Source: Hydrolagus colliei (taxonomy: Eukaryota). Taken from it: 64,000 nucleotides of DNA. Under the pieces are notes generated by a model, which saw only the letters and a program-made list of their open reading frames with translations, ran no database searches and had not been told where the DNA came from. Shown here piece after piece: positions 51,672 to 64,000 of the stretch; the stretch's first letter is position 1, and each line of letters opens with the position of its first letter. Both the position numbers and the translations under genes were made by a program. Where the stretch lies: the NCBI GenBank assembly GCA_035084275.1, contig CM068754.1, forward strand, positions 10,850,001 to 10,914,000, written 5' to 3'.

Positions 51672-51838
51672 TTTAAAGTTTTATCTAATCTTCATTATTA
51701 GTGAAAAAGTGATTTTGTTTCAGATTTGTAGCATCTGCAGTATTTGGGGTTTAAAGTTTTATCTAATCTTCATTATTAGTGAAAAAGTGATTTTGTTTCA
51801 GATTTGTTTCAGATTTGTAGCATCTGCAGTATTTGGGG
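51672..51838 (+). repeat. Exact 78-bp tandem duplication; the second copy has an extra 11-bp duplication
   Basis: 51672-51749 is repeated at 51750-51838 with tttgtttcaga doubled. Confidence 0.92.
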
Positions 51839-53589
51839 TTGTGGTCATTACCTGTATTACTCAAATGATTCAAGTATAACACCTAACTTCGTCTGACATT
51901 GCATGACTTCCATTGACTGGTGAAACCCTTTTGAAGCTAGATGTAATATTCCAAGCATTTCTACTTCAATGAATTTCAATTAGAAAGGAACAGCGATGGA
52001 GCTAGGACTGTGAGAATGACTGATCACAAAATCTCTGCATCAGCCAAATACCCTTTTCACACAGCAAACTGGCACTCTAACTCCTATGTTTACATTCCAG
52101 CTTCTGACTCCAAACTGTATCACACCTGCTCACAGAATGGCATGTCCTAGTTTCAAATAAGCATCTGAAACACCAACTCACTTTAAGATCTTTCAATCCC
52201 TCCCACCATAACACAGATATTTTGTCTTTTTAAATGTAAAATACCCCCAGCAACTTTTATTCCAGAGGATGTGCATGGCAGTAAAATAAATGGGCATAAA
52301 TATCTTGAAATAAAACTACTGTCATTAACAATTACCTTAGAACAAACATGGGGCTTAATAATTATTGTTTTTTTAAAAAAGTGTTTTAATGAGAATTATT
52401 TCAAGTGTGCAAAACATTACATTACTCCTCATTAAGTCTGAGTAGTCAATGAGGTATCTTGGAGCATTGTAAAGAGTGGCAGAATGTGGATCTGTCATGC
52501 TCCCAGCCATGTTGATGAGCAGTAATTCTTACAAAGGTTAAACAAGATTCAATTCACCTGTCCCCAGAAGTGACTGGCCACCAGCCTAAAAATCACCTAA
52601 ACATGGATTTAGTGTTACAAATGACAGGACCTCGGTTCTTAATCTCATTTCAGCAGCATGTCAGAGTGGTATGCTTTTCTTTGTTTTGTGTGTGATGAGT
52701 TTCCTCCCCCTCCATTCTTGCTAATTCAATTCTCTAAAACAGACTGTGTCCTTGGAGCTGAATGCCTTGCAGAACCTGAATAAAAGCAGCAAAGCAATCA
52801 TGCATATCTTTAGCTACTCTGTCAGAGCCTCTTGTATGCATGTGGGTAGACTGATTAACAACATGGTAACTGTAGAAGCAGCACATTTGCTTCAAGAACT
52901 GCTATACAACACAAGTATTAGTTATTTCATTGGCATTACTGGTTTTGCCATCAGGTCATTTAGCAAAACACTAAAGAAGGCTTTTTGGCCAAACCTGTTT
53001 AGCACCATTGTTCCAGTGTCTATTTAATTTGCTAGAACAATATATTGACTGGCTAGTTCGCTCCACCTCCCCCATGTCCCAGCCATGTGACAATATCATC
53101 ATCCCATCTGGGCAGTTTAATTGAGTGAATTTCTTCATTGTAGACATTTTTTGCTTTGCCTTGTGGCTGAAAATATTGACTGCAGAAATCTGATCCTGTG
53201 GGGTTTGAGATGAACTGATTAAATTTTTAGTGCAAACGATGCATGAATTTTGAAAATCAACCTTCTGTTAGTGGAAACAGTTCCACCCTAATTAGATTCC
53301 TTATAATGTAGAAACAAAGCAGAGAAAATGTACATTTAATGTAAAATGCAGCAGTAAGCCCCGAGATGATTGAGGAGCCAGACATATCAGTTTCAGAATT
53401 ATTCCAAATAATATGTTCAACTTTTTTTTAATATTGCTGGTGTGAAGTGTTGCCGGATCTTGCTGATGAGCCCAGAAAAGATTAGGATTTATTGAAAAAG
53501 CTGTATTATTAATGCAGCACTGTTGCTGGAATAATGCTCTGCCGAAAGACGGTGAAGGCTTTCAAGAGGGCATCCTTACCGCAAGTAAA

Positions 53590-53698
53590 AATCATAATCC
53601 TTGCATGTGTTATAACACTTTTCATGACCTTTAGATGTCTCAAAGCACTTCACAGAATATACTATAAAGTGAGTTGCCTGTATACTTGGGGGTGAAAA
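53590..53698 (-). mobile_element. SINE 3' tail
   Basis: ataatccttgcatgtgttataacac...aagcacttcacagaatatact. Confidence 0.78.
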
Positions 53699-54889
53699 AT
53701 AGGGTTTACATGGCCACCATTTTGGAATTCATGGGCATCCAGTCTCAAGGCCAGCCACTTCATCATTGTACTCTTTAGTTAAAGTCAGGTGCCCTTTATA
53801 TAAGTATGCAAGCGTAAAATGTTATTTGACTGAGATTTCTGACACATTGGCCTTGTTAACTATGCCTGTCTGATCAAAGTATAAATGTAGCTCCCAATGG
53901 CACAGTTAGTAAAATGCACTGAGACATCCAGACAATAAAGGTCTCAACTTTGATTTATTAGACTAGATGACCTCTATCTAGCAGTATTGTCGGTGCTACA
54001 AATTGTCTTTCTGTCCTTGAACTGGGGGAAGCAAGAGAGAAAAAAATAGCCACACTATGTAGTCTGATACAAAGATGCTGCTGAAAATTACATGTATATG
54101 ATCATTGACATCAGGCTTCATTGCAATACCTTGGAGCAATTGACCAAGACATGTACACAATGTACATTCCTGTATAGGAAGTTTGATCATTCAGTTTTTC
54201 TTCTCATTAACAGGTCCATTTCTGAAACAAAACTAATTTTTTTTTTGAAGTTTTAATGCCCCAGGCCACAGGTTTGTTCCATAGTGTTTAATTTCCAGTT
54301 TTGCTGAAACAAGGTTTTGACTTTCCCCTCTGAACAAGCAGTTCAATAAGCTGCCAGTTTTCGCATAGATAGAAAGCACACAGAAAGCTTATGCTGGACT
54401 ATATATGGAAAGTAAAAATAAACCAAAAATGAGGGGACATAGCATCTCCAAAAGATTTGTTGTTTGGATCCAGGTTTCCCTGGATTATAGGAAAGGAGGA
54501 CTATAGGAAAGAAGGAATTCTGAATTATTCTAGAAGTTCATCTTTACCATAGCTTTACAGTGCCTTATGTGTAATCAAATATAAAACTTTAAAGTGTTCA
54601 GATTTGGGGTGATTACAAAACAAGAACTAAATTTCTTCCTGTGTCTACTACCATGAATGTACATTTAATATTTTCTCAGAATTTTAAATGTTGAAGTATG
54701 TTAAAGGACTTCAGCATCAAAGCTGCTGAAATTGCCAAACATGTTGGTTCCTCAACAAAACTCAAATCAAACCTATTCTTAACCAAAAAAAACTATATTG
54801 AATGAAGTCTTCACAAATACGAAATGAATGCAACTTTTTTGTTAGCAACGGGGCTAATAGATCACTTAAAAAAACAACGAACTGACTAA

Positions 54890-55063
54890 CTAATAATAAT
54901 TTGGTCACACAATCCAACTGCTTATTATTGTAATTATTGCAGCATCTCTCCCATAAAATATTTGTCAATTCACTTCACAGTATATTATGTGAAGCACTTA
55001 GAGACGACTTAAAGACATGATACGGTGCTGTATCAAATGCAAGGGTTGTTGGTATTATTATTA
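54890..55063 (+). mobile_element. Degenerate SINE 3' half
   Basis: aataataatttggtcacacaatcca...gtcaattcacttcacagtatattatgtgaagcac...aaatgcaagg. Confidence 0.72.
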
Positions 55064-56744
55064 TGAATGGTAAAAAGGTTTGTCATATTAAAAAATATAT
55101 ATAAAAGGATTTCTAAGTATGAAACATGCAGATGAAAAGCAATAGGTCAGCAGCCAAGGATTGTTCAATTGGGAAATTGCCAATACAGATGTACTACTAA
55201 GAGCAGAGTTCCTGGCTTCAGATAAAATGAGTACGGCCATAGTGTGAATATTAATTGTAAAATGTGATCCATGAGTCATTTAGGCAAATTGCTATGTCTG
55301 CATGCAAGTCTATCTCTTATTTGCAACAAAATAGAAATATTTATTACAGCGCCATATTTTCTTTATTTTTATTTGCAAACAATGTCGCAGCCCATCTCAC
55401 AGCTCCGTATACTTCCCATGGCTTCCTTTTCTTCACCTATCTTTTCCACATGAATTGAAGCAATAAAGGAATCCATCTGTAAAAAGAATGCACATGAAGC
55501 TTGCAGATATCCTGGATGGTTCTATGCATGAATGCACTGAGAGGGGCTGTACTGAACTAATCAAACCCAGAACGATCCAAATTCAATTTCTGGTCTGTGA
55601 AGAGTTAAGCCATTTATCAACAAAGGTTTGGGCTGTGTACTACAATTCACTTCATTATCTATTTTCATCTATCTTTCTATTCTAAACCTTGTTTTAAGAA
55701 TTAGATTTCAAAGGTTTCACCAATTTTAATCCATTTTATAGGTTCATAAGCAATTTTGATGGTAAGTCAATTTAAAAAAAAATATTAGTTTTTAAATATT
55801 TGATGATAACATTGCCACTTGATTATTATCAGCCTATTATAAACAAGTACAAAATTACAGAAAAACAATTAATGGAGTCGATTAACTGAACATGCTCTGA
55901 ACAAACTCGTAAAGCATGCTTTCCAAATTAGGAAATTCTGAGCTAAATAAGTTTAAGTACAGTATATGGTTGTTTTCCTTGTGGAATAGGTCACTACTTA
56001 GTGCAGCACAGGGAACACTTTTAGGTATAAGGGGATGGAAAGGACTATAAAACTAAATTTCTTGAAGAATCATATTGCATTGGTTGAAGTTCAGAACAAT
56101 GAACCTTTGATATTTATATAAAAGCTCCCCAAGTGCCAATAGGAGAGGTAGAGTGATCTAAATGTGCTGAATGACCCTTTATCTTCTTGTGTCGCTGACA
56201 AGCAAGTTCTGTTCTCCAGTTCTTGGCAACAATATTCATTGCATATAAAGCACAATCAATGAGAAGTGTGCTCCCATCGAGACTTTTATTGCTACATTCA
56301 GATAATATTTTCACTTGAAGATTGAAATGTAGCATTTTTTGTTTGTTTTTAAATTCAGGATAGACAGATGCATGTGTTTTTCAGTCGATCCGATTCATTT
56401 CTTCCTTGGGAGCAGGGACTTCTGTGGTTAGCTCAGATGCTGTTAAAGAAGAAATCAGCCTGACAGCTGAGTAGTGTTTTGCTGGTTAAAAACAGAGATG
56501 TTTTAACAAAAATATTAATGGAACCAACAAATTGAGGCAGTATCTAGTTTCAAATGTGTTGGTGTTTATATGAACACACATTTCTGAAAGGACCAAAACA
56601 GAAGTTTCATAGTTATTGGGATACATTGACAATTGACAATATTTGTCTGTTACACAGCAGCACGCTACTATTCTTTAGTAAAACTGGAAAATAATTTTCC
56701 CAGCTACTATGGATTAACAATTTTGTTTTTCACATTCCATTTAT

Positions 56745-57065
56745 GATAATAATAGCAATCATCCTGTATTTCATATAGCGCTTTTCACATCTTCTCGACG
56801 TCTCAAAGCGCTTCACAGAATATACTGTAAAATAAACTGACTGCATATATATGGGCATAAATATGTAAATATAAATTATAATATTTTCATTCCTTCTTGC
56901 ATTTGCTATAATACCGCCTTTCACATCAAGTGAATGTCTCAAAACATTTCATGAGATACACTATAACATGTAATGACTGGCTGTGCATTTTGTAGACAGC
57001 CTATTTGAGCACAGGAGGGCAACTTCCCATAAACAGCCATGAAGACTGTTTTATTTGGGGGATTA
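56745..57065 (-). mobile_element. Two tandem SINE 3' fragments
   Basis: Tails at about 56745 (tatagcgcttttcacatcttctcgacgtctcaaagcgcttcacagaa) and about 56890 (cttgcatttgctataataccgcctttcacatc). Confidence 0.72.
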
Positions 57066-57440
57066 AATACAATTCTATTGCCTGTCAATCTCATTGTAAA
57101 AAGAAGCCTTATTGCGTTTTAAGGCTCTTATTTTAATAATTACCTTTTTAAAATCAGACTTAATTAGTGGATACAACAAATAACTGAATTAAAGCACCAC
57201 TCTTCACAGAGCACACTTCTTAAATCAAATCCAACCCTTTGGGACATTCTCCCAACATGAAAGACACTATATAAATGTAAATGTAGAACATAGTATTATT
57301 TGTGCAGGAAAGACCCCAAATAGCAAGCTAAATATGCCATCCTACATATTCTTTCCCTTTTCTGTACATTCAGTATGTTAACATTGCATCCAACAAGCCA
57401 CACTCAAGCTGATTCCTTTCCAAGGTCTCAAATCCATTCC

Positions 57441-57501
57441 CAAACCACTCTTTACCTCCCTCAACCACTCCTTCCTCCCCCAACCACTCCTTACCTCCCT
57501 T
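57441..57501 (+). repeat. Short minisatellite, 3 copies of about 20 bp (aaccactccttacctccct)
   Basis: caaaccactctttacctccct caaccactccttcctcccc caaccactccttacctccct. Confidence 0.75.
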
Positions 57502-58239
57502 GAAATACGCCAAAAGGGACCTGGACTATATGTTTGCTGTAGGTTTACCATCTAAAAATCAGAAGTAGCATTAGATTTGCTTTGGGGAAAAAGAGCACAC
57601 TCATTTTTGGGGGGCGGTTTCTTGAAGGTTTGCATTTGGAATATTTTATACCACATAATTTTCACAATATATAATTGTTTTTTGTAACACTCAAAAGACA
57701 ATTTAGCTAAAACATATCAATCACTGCTCTGTAGTTCTTTCTAATTCAATTTACAAACACTGGCAGCATTTGTTCCTCTTTTGTATACAGTGCTGATAAT
57801 CCACCCAAACACTCTATTGTCATGACCAAGTTGAGGATTGTTTGGCAGCATATTGATTGCACCAATGCAGTATAAACATTGCAGATTTAGACTCTGACCT
57901 GAACTGGCTCCTTAAAACACTTTGGTGTTTAAACAGGCCATGTTTAACACTAGAATCAGTCTTGCAACTGACACCTTTAAAACACTAATAAAATAATTTC
58001 ACCAAACAATTCAGCATATGGATAATGTGACTAGGAACAGGAAGTGCAAATGAAGAGGTCCACTCAATATTGCTTCACTCATAGGAGGAATATTTCTTCA
58101 CAGCAGTTATAAACAGAGCAAAAGATTTAAAAGAGCACATGCTTTATGAACAGTTTATCAAGTGGCAGTCTATTCACTGCAAATGTATCCGTAGAATTCA
58201 GTAATTAGATTTCACCCAGTCGAGAGACCTCACATTCAT

Positions 58240-58670
58240 GTTCTGGTCGGCGCAGCTTGCCCCAATTCTGCAACATTGCCAATCTCCATCACTACCTCTC
58301 CCTGGGCTGCCAGCACCCTAATCCAAACATTCATCATGTACAGGCTGAATTAAGCCAACTCTGCTTCCCCGACTACCTACATGTTCCCTTCACAAGCTGC
58401 ACACTATCCAGTGCAAACTCCTCAAGCCCTACCAACCCAACAAACCCAGAGGCAGCACATCAGAAATCAGAATTCCAAATATCTGGCCCCACTCTCGAGG
58501 ACTCCATCCCAGAATCCTTTTACCTCAGCCCCGTTACGGTCCATATCCAAACTTCACTCTTTGACCATGTTTCGGCCATTCTTCCCCGCCTGATCCCCCA
58601 CCCACAAGCCCAGCTAGGTGAAAGCCCTGAACTGCCCAGCACCTTAGGTAATGTAAAGAGCTGTATAATT
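58240..58670 (+). mobile_element. Degenerate L2 ORF2 3' relic
   Basis: C-rich. ctgcaacattgccaatctccatc parallels ctccgcaatattgcccaattccgcc at 59147. Ends in a tail-like gtaaagagctgtataa. Confidence 0.6.
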
Positions 58671-59039
58671 TCTGTGGTACGTTTCCTATCATTTAAGGCT
58701 GCCCTTTAAACTGAGAGACACAGTATGGAAACAATACTCTACCATTCAAGGTCCTTTCTACATTCTGCTTCTTTTAAGGAGCTACAGTAATTAATTGAAA
58801 ATATTCCATGTGCTGTTCACCAAAGTGGAAAAAAGACCAAAGCTTGTATTGATACCAATATTTTCAATGTTGAAAATTTGTATATATTTTAGAACAATGC
58901 AAAAATATTCATCCATCTCTGATCTGGTTCTACTGAAAATTCCAATTCATGTATTGTTCAATTCTAGAACATTAATTACTAGATTGGTTCGCACCAGCAC
59001 CATCACACATCAGGCGTTGGCAGCATCAACCTCCATGGT

Positions 59040-59695
59040 TATTCACTCGACCTCACCAAGTAGTCAAGAACCTAGGTGCCTTGTTCGATCCTCAACTGTC
59101 TTTCCTTCCCCACATGCAAGCAATGACTCGCTTTGCCTTCCCTCACCTCCGCAATATTGCCCAATTCCGCCATTACATCACCCCCCAGGCTGCTTAAACC
59201 CTCATTCATGCCTTCATTACATCCCAGTTTGATTTGCTTGTCAGCCTTCCCAATTCCTCCCTCCACAGGTTGCAGATAATCCAGAACTCTGTGGCGGGTG
59301 TCCTCTACCGCTCCAAGCTTTGTGACCCCCATCTCTTTCATCCTCACCTGACTCTATTTGCTCCCCTTCATCCAGAGGATCCAATTCAAGAACATGATCC
59401 TCACATTCAAAGCCCTCCACAGTCTCGCCCCACCCTACATCCGTGACCTCCTATCCCCCTACCAAGCTGCCCAACCCCTCTGCTCAGCAGGCTGCAGCCG
59501 GCTCCATGTCCCCCAATCCACCCTCCTCATCATTGGCGGGCGAGCCTTTAGCCATCCTGCCCCAACCTCTGGAACTCCATCCCGCAGTCCCTCGCCTCGC
59601 CCCCTCCCTGGTCTCCTTCAAGTCCTGCCTCAAGACATCCTCCTGACGTGAAAGGCGCTATACAAGTGTAATATTGTTGTTGTTGTTGGTAGTGG
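59040..59695 (+). mobile_element. L2 LINE 3' fragment (ORF2 C-terminus and tail)
   Basis: Frameshifted peptides LPNSSLHRLQIIQNS, RIQFKNMILTFKALHSLAPPYIRDLL, GGRAFS and FKSCLKT are typical of the L2 ORF2 C-terminus. Tail gtgaaaggcgctatacaagtgt plus (ttg)n. Confidence 0.85.
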
Positions 59696-61806
59696 TGGTT
59701 CTAAATAGTTTATCCAAGGCCAAGATGAGTGCTGAAGTGTGGAAATCAATCATGCTCAAGAATCCCAGTTTCTATCATATATTAATTTATTTGCCAATAG
59801 AATCACTAGATTTCAAAAACCAGATTTACTAACGCTGATCTTAATTAGCACAGACTGCACCATCTATACACTGACTGCGTCTCTTAGTCTCTTCTAGGCA
59901 ACAATGCAAGAAACTTAAAGCAGCAAGGCAGTGAGTGGAAGAGGGGTTGAGTGATCCATCATAACCTCCTCAGCACCAATTAAAAACAACTGTCCTCTTT
60001 GGCACTAAGCATAACAGGATAGTCCCAGACCGATAGTCCTTCCTGTTACTGCAAAACTGATGGTGGGAGGGAGCAGGAAAACATCAGCCAGGTACAAAAG
60101 GAAGAATGGCCAGAGGGACATTTGAGCTCACAACGCACTGCCACAGAGGCAAAAAAAAATTGCAAATATTATAGCAGCTCCTGACGCAGATTGATTTCTG
60201 TAATCTTTTCAAAGACTTTTCATTCCTTTCCTTCTGCACGATTTCTCTAACTATAGATCTTTCCACCTCTCATTACAGCTTCATTGGACTTTTAAGAGCG
60301 AACCACACAATATATGCACCCTGACACAATGGGGTAACTGAAATTTACGCCTCCATAACTGGGAGTAAATACTGCCTTACAAACTCATTAAACCTATCAC
60401 ATTCCTTCTGACAGTAATGTGCATTGATGTTTAGGGAAAATATAACTTATTTCACAAGTTACAGGCTATTTTACCGTGGTAAAGAACATTTCCTGGATTT
60501 AACCCAAAGCCTAAATGTTTGATAAATCACCCCAAAGAATTACACTTCACAGCAACTACTTTCATAATGAAAATTGTTTTGTTACCATGTATCTATCCAG
60601 AATTAATAGAAGACAAGCATTGTTCAAGTGTTCCCTGGATTCATGGTAGGATTAGGGAGTCAGAAATGTGTAATAGACGTACCATTCAACTCACAATAGA
60701 TCGCGAGTGTCTAAAAATTACATTAATATATAATACATTAGACTACATGTTCCCATTCCTTCGGATATGTTCCCATCCCCACTGGCCCCATCTCTCTGGA
60801 ATCAAATCCCCATCTCAGGTGCAAACATTCGACTGCCCAGCACCATGGGATACCCTCCCAATGTGAAAAGCACTATATAAATGCAGTTTGTTTGTTGTGA
60901 AAGGACCAAAAAACGATTTACATGACAATCTGCACACAAATCAGAAACTTACCTACATAGTTTTGCTGAAAATGTTAAATGCAGAATAAAAAGGTTCATA
61001 CGCAAGATGCATTACAGAGCAACAAAACTCAAATTACAGGGATTTTAAATTAAAAACATTTTTTTGTACAATTGAAAATGGCATCTAGAAGCTAGTTCAC
61101 AAATGATAATTTGTCAAAATCAGTGTTCACAGTAACCAGGTTAGAGAAAAGAAAGATTTGACTTGGTCTTAACTAAGTATTCACTCACACTAATCAGTTT
61201 CCCCACATCTCCCTTATCCTCTATATATTCCCCCTTTTAATCGCTAGGAGAAAAAAAATGTTTTTAACATCGACCCACTCAAACAGCAGGACACATTATT
61301 TTTTGTCTCTCTCTTAACCTTACTTAAACCTGAAAAATGGAAGCACTGTCAGATCTCTTAAAACTCTAAGATCCTTTACATATGGTTGTGCCATATGGAT
61401 GTACAACATGTCAAAAGGAGAACCAGCGACAAAAATGCTAACAATTTAACCAGGACACCTGGTGGCACACAGCGGTAAAAAAAAACTGAATGCAAGTATC
61501 GAGGGTTGGTAACAATGATACTGAATTACACAAGATATCATCGCATAAATGCTTGGGAAAAAACATTGCACAATGCAACGTGCATCTTATTTATTTAGAA
61601 CAGGTATTCTAACCTTAACAAAAACATGCAGAATATTTGTTTAAAAAAATGCTTCCTAGTTTGTAGATAAAATATCACATCCCAGTTGGGTAAACTGAAC
61701 CATCAGCTAACTACTTATGGTTAAAAAATGTTACTGAATATTACATAACAGAGCACCAACATGCAAAACAAACAGCAATTTAACCAGACAATATTCATCA
61801 ACTTAC

Positions 61807-61904
61807 ATGTATGCTGGAGTTAGCGTCGTTGTCCTAGATGGTTTAAGCACAGAAACTGGGAATTTCCAGTTAGTGGGATTACTCGTTTTCCATTTCAATG
61901 GCAT
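61807..61904 (-). CDS. KLHL13: KLHL13 coding exon 1 (MPLKWKTSNPTNWKFPVSVLKPSRTTTLTPAY-I)
   Basis: Manual translation of the minus strand. ATG has A at -3. The exon ends AT|GTAAGT (phase 2) and joins the first A of exon 2 to give ATA (Ile). Closely resembles the recalled human N-terminus MPLKWKTSSPAIWKFPVPVLKTSRSTPLSPAYI. Confidence 0.93.
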
Positions 61905-63354
61905 GTTGTTATAAAGATACTACGATACCAAAGAGAAGCATTTCCATAACAGACTTCCAGCTAGGAGCTCCATACCAGACAGACTGTACACAGTGGCTGC
62001 AGCTTAGAACACGTGAATAATTCTGGCACTGCTCTTAAGCTAATGTTTCAATTGGTGTATTTAGCAGAAGAGGACTGCAAGACAGTTCTTTCCTGAATCC
62101 TTTGTCTGACTGAAGCATATAACGTGCTTCTATCATCCTAGCTCAACAATAGTGCCACCTTGTTAGAAAAAAGCCCTGACTGCAACACACAGACTGATTC
62201 TCTGAAGCAGCGTATTATAGCTTTGTTTATCAGCATACTGCTACAGTAAGATAAGGGTATGCAGAAGCAATGCTACCTGTAAGAAGATCTGCAATGAAGC
62301 AGTGAATTATTCAGAGTTTACACCTTTTATTTCAGTAAGATTTGATCAGTCATGTACGGGAAAAAAACACAAAAGGATCATGTGATATATCTGACTCACC
62401 AACATACCTACTCAGAATACACTTGTCATCCTCTTTAAATTCTTCTTTTGGGCTGCAACAATACAAATGGGATATAAATTTCAGCATAGCCTTGGGCCAC
62501 TGTTAATAGTCATCAGGGAACAAATTCAGCAGCCCGATTTCCTCCTGTAAAAGCTCCAGATAAACATAGCTTCAATGCTATTAAGGAAAAAGCCTAAATC
62601 CATTGTAACAGTCCACCTCAGCCATAATGCAGGGTCCAAGATGTCAAAAAATCTGAATTGATGCAATGTCCTGGATGCACATCTAATGACTGCTGCTCAG
62701 TATGCTTTTGTTTCCCCATACTGCTCGCCGAGCACGACACCCAAGCATTTTACACCATGCTGTATTACATGTCTCTCATTCTATATCTTCTGCGGGGGAA
62801 CAGGGCTTGCAGTATGTTCCAACAGGCACAATCAGCAGTGCTATTAACGGTTCAATTCAACAGCTCTCGAATACCTCATAAACCACTTGGAGTTTCTAGC
62901 GGTGCAGTCGGTCAAGCAGGTGGCCACCTGGGACCACTCTGCAGTAGTGTGGAGCAGATGATCCCAGGGGCTGACTGACAGCAGTACTTAATGATAAAAC
63001 AGAGCATGTGTCTTCTTAAATAAGAGCTTGGAAGGCACTACATTAATAAATATTTTACTGACCATTTTTTTTTACAATGATTACTGACGTTTTGATGTTT
63101 GATTTCAAAGGACTCTGCGGATAGCTTTGATGCGCCGAGAATTCAAAACAATCAAAATGAAATTGGCAAATACTTTCCATTACATTTCAAAAGCTATAAA
63201 GCACATATCATTTCAGCTTTACATATATTTTAGGCTTTTTAAAAAAAAGAAAGCTGACTACTACAACCAAGGTGGAACCTTGATGATCTGTCTAGTAGGA
63301 GGAACACCCCTCTAGTGAATAATTCATATTACCATATTTTCGTACTGAAGTTCC

Positions 63355-63460
63355 ATAATTTCGCACACAAAAATATACAGTCAACGCACTTTATAGTGTA
63401 TTCTGTGAAGCACTTTGCATATCAAATGCAAGGATTATCATTAAATACAAGGATTATTAT
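63355..63460 (+). mobile_element. SINE 3' tail
   Basis: atatacagtcaacgcactttatagtgtattctgtgaagcac...atcaaatgcaaggattat. Confidence 0.72.
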
Positions 63461-63504
63461 AGTATGCCAATGGATGTTAAATTGGCAAAATTAGTTGTTT
63501 ACAA

Positions 63505-63793
63505 CTCCGCTCTACTGGATCTGGCCTCCTCCTTGTACCCCAAATCCTCCGATCCACCATTGGCGGCCATGCTTTCAGCCACTACTCCCCAAAACTCTGG
63601 AACTCCCTCCCTCAATCCCTTCACCTCACCCACTCCTTTTCCATCTACAGGTCATGCCTGAAGACCTTTCTGTTCGACCGCGCCTACAGTCACCTTCCCC
63701 CTTCCCCTCGCTCAGCCCCAGGCTCCCCTATTGTGAAGCGCTCTGAGACGCCGTCTGGCGTGTAGGGCGCTAGATAAATGCAAGTTGTTGTTA
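63505..63793 (+). mobile_element. L2 LINE 3' end
   Basis: ccattggcggccatgctttcagccactactccc...gtgaagcgctctgagacgccgtctggcgtgtagggcgctagataaatgcaagttgttgtt. Confidence 0.82.
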
Positions 63794-64000
63794 TACAACG
63801 ACCTTGATGCAGGGCAGCGTCTTGGAGGGTTTATTTAGTTTTCAGGAAAATAAATCAGTAATAGAATTTCTAAAATCTCACACTACGCATCAGAAGAGAA
63901 CAAGATATAATTGCACAGAACATATTTTCTAAAAGCATTATATAGTGCCTAATTCCTTACAGGCCAGGTTGAGTTAAAAATGAAGGAGTCAACAAGAAGC

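Larger units (their letters stand above)
34671..61904 (-). other. KLHL13: KLHL13 gene, coding span (7 exons, 655 aa BTB-BACK-Kelch protein)
   Basis: Exon lengths 98+142+133+197+796+114+488 = 1968 nt. All introns are GT-AG with compatible phases. The N-terminus MPLKWKTS, the SLVEDED segment and the C-terminus [11 protein letters not shown] match KLHL13 as recalled; multi-exon structure argues against the intronless paralog KLHL9. Confidence 0.96.

Noticed and set aside
55401-55476. Good acceptor (ttctttttacag) followed by ATG on the minus strand
   Set aside because: The available donors give 40 or 76 nt, which is neither a multiple of three nor phase 2, so it cannot join exon 2 in frame.
58257-59651. 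Several plus-strand ORFs up to 150 aa
   Set aside because: Frameshifted L2 ORF2 relics, not host genes.
34671-61904. Calling the gene KLHL9
   Set aside because: KLHL9 is an intronless mammalian paralog. The multi-exon structure, MPLKWK exon and SLVEDED segment indicate KLHL13.
1-64000. CRISPR arrays, operons or other prokaryotic systems
   Set aside because: The sequence is eukaryotic (spliceosomal introns, SINEs and LINEs). Recurrent motifs are dispersed retroposon tails, not regularly spaced repeats.

Overview
AT-rich vertebrate genomic DNA. The repeat content (Deu-domain SINEs, L2 and CR1 relics, Penelope-type terminal repeats) suggests a cartilaginous fish, possibly a holocephalan; the taxon is inference only. 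The one protein-coding gene I can support is KLHL13 (BTB-BACK-Kelch, CUL3 adaptor) on the minus strand. I reconstructed its CDS as 7 GT-AG exons: 61904-61807, 46465-46324, 45013-44881, 44115-43919, 42961-42166, 36004-35891 and 35158-34671. They sum to 1968 nt (655 aa plus stop) with consistent phases. The first coding exon (MPLKWKTS...) is missing from the ORF track. Positions 1-33000 are gene-free downstream sequence with repeats and a few enhancer-like blocks. Repeats include a high-copy tRNA-headed SINE with an L2-type tail, older Deu-domain SINEs, two L2 3'-end families, CR1 tails, a TA-flanked Tc1/mariner-pogo-type MITE and a hAT-like MITE. The most notable observations are a decayed hammerhead-ribozyme-bearing Penelope-like fragment with a 15-bp target duplication, a related palindrome in the probable 3'UTR, a modular SINE with a candidate partner LINE, paired RFX X-boxes, uORFs and a possible alternative first exon. 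I found no convincing wholly new biological system. Repeat boundaries are approximate and family names come from recalled consensus motifs, not from a database search.
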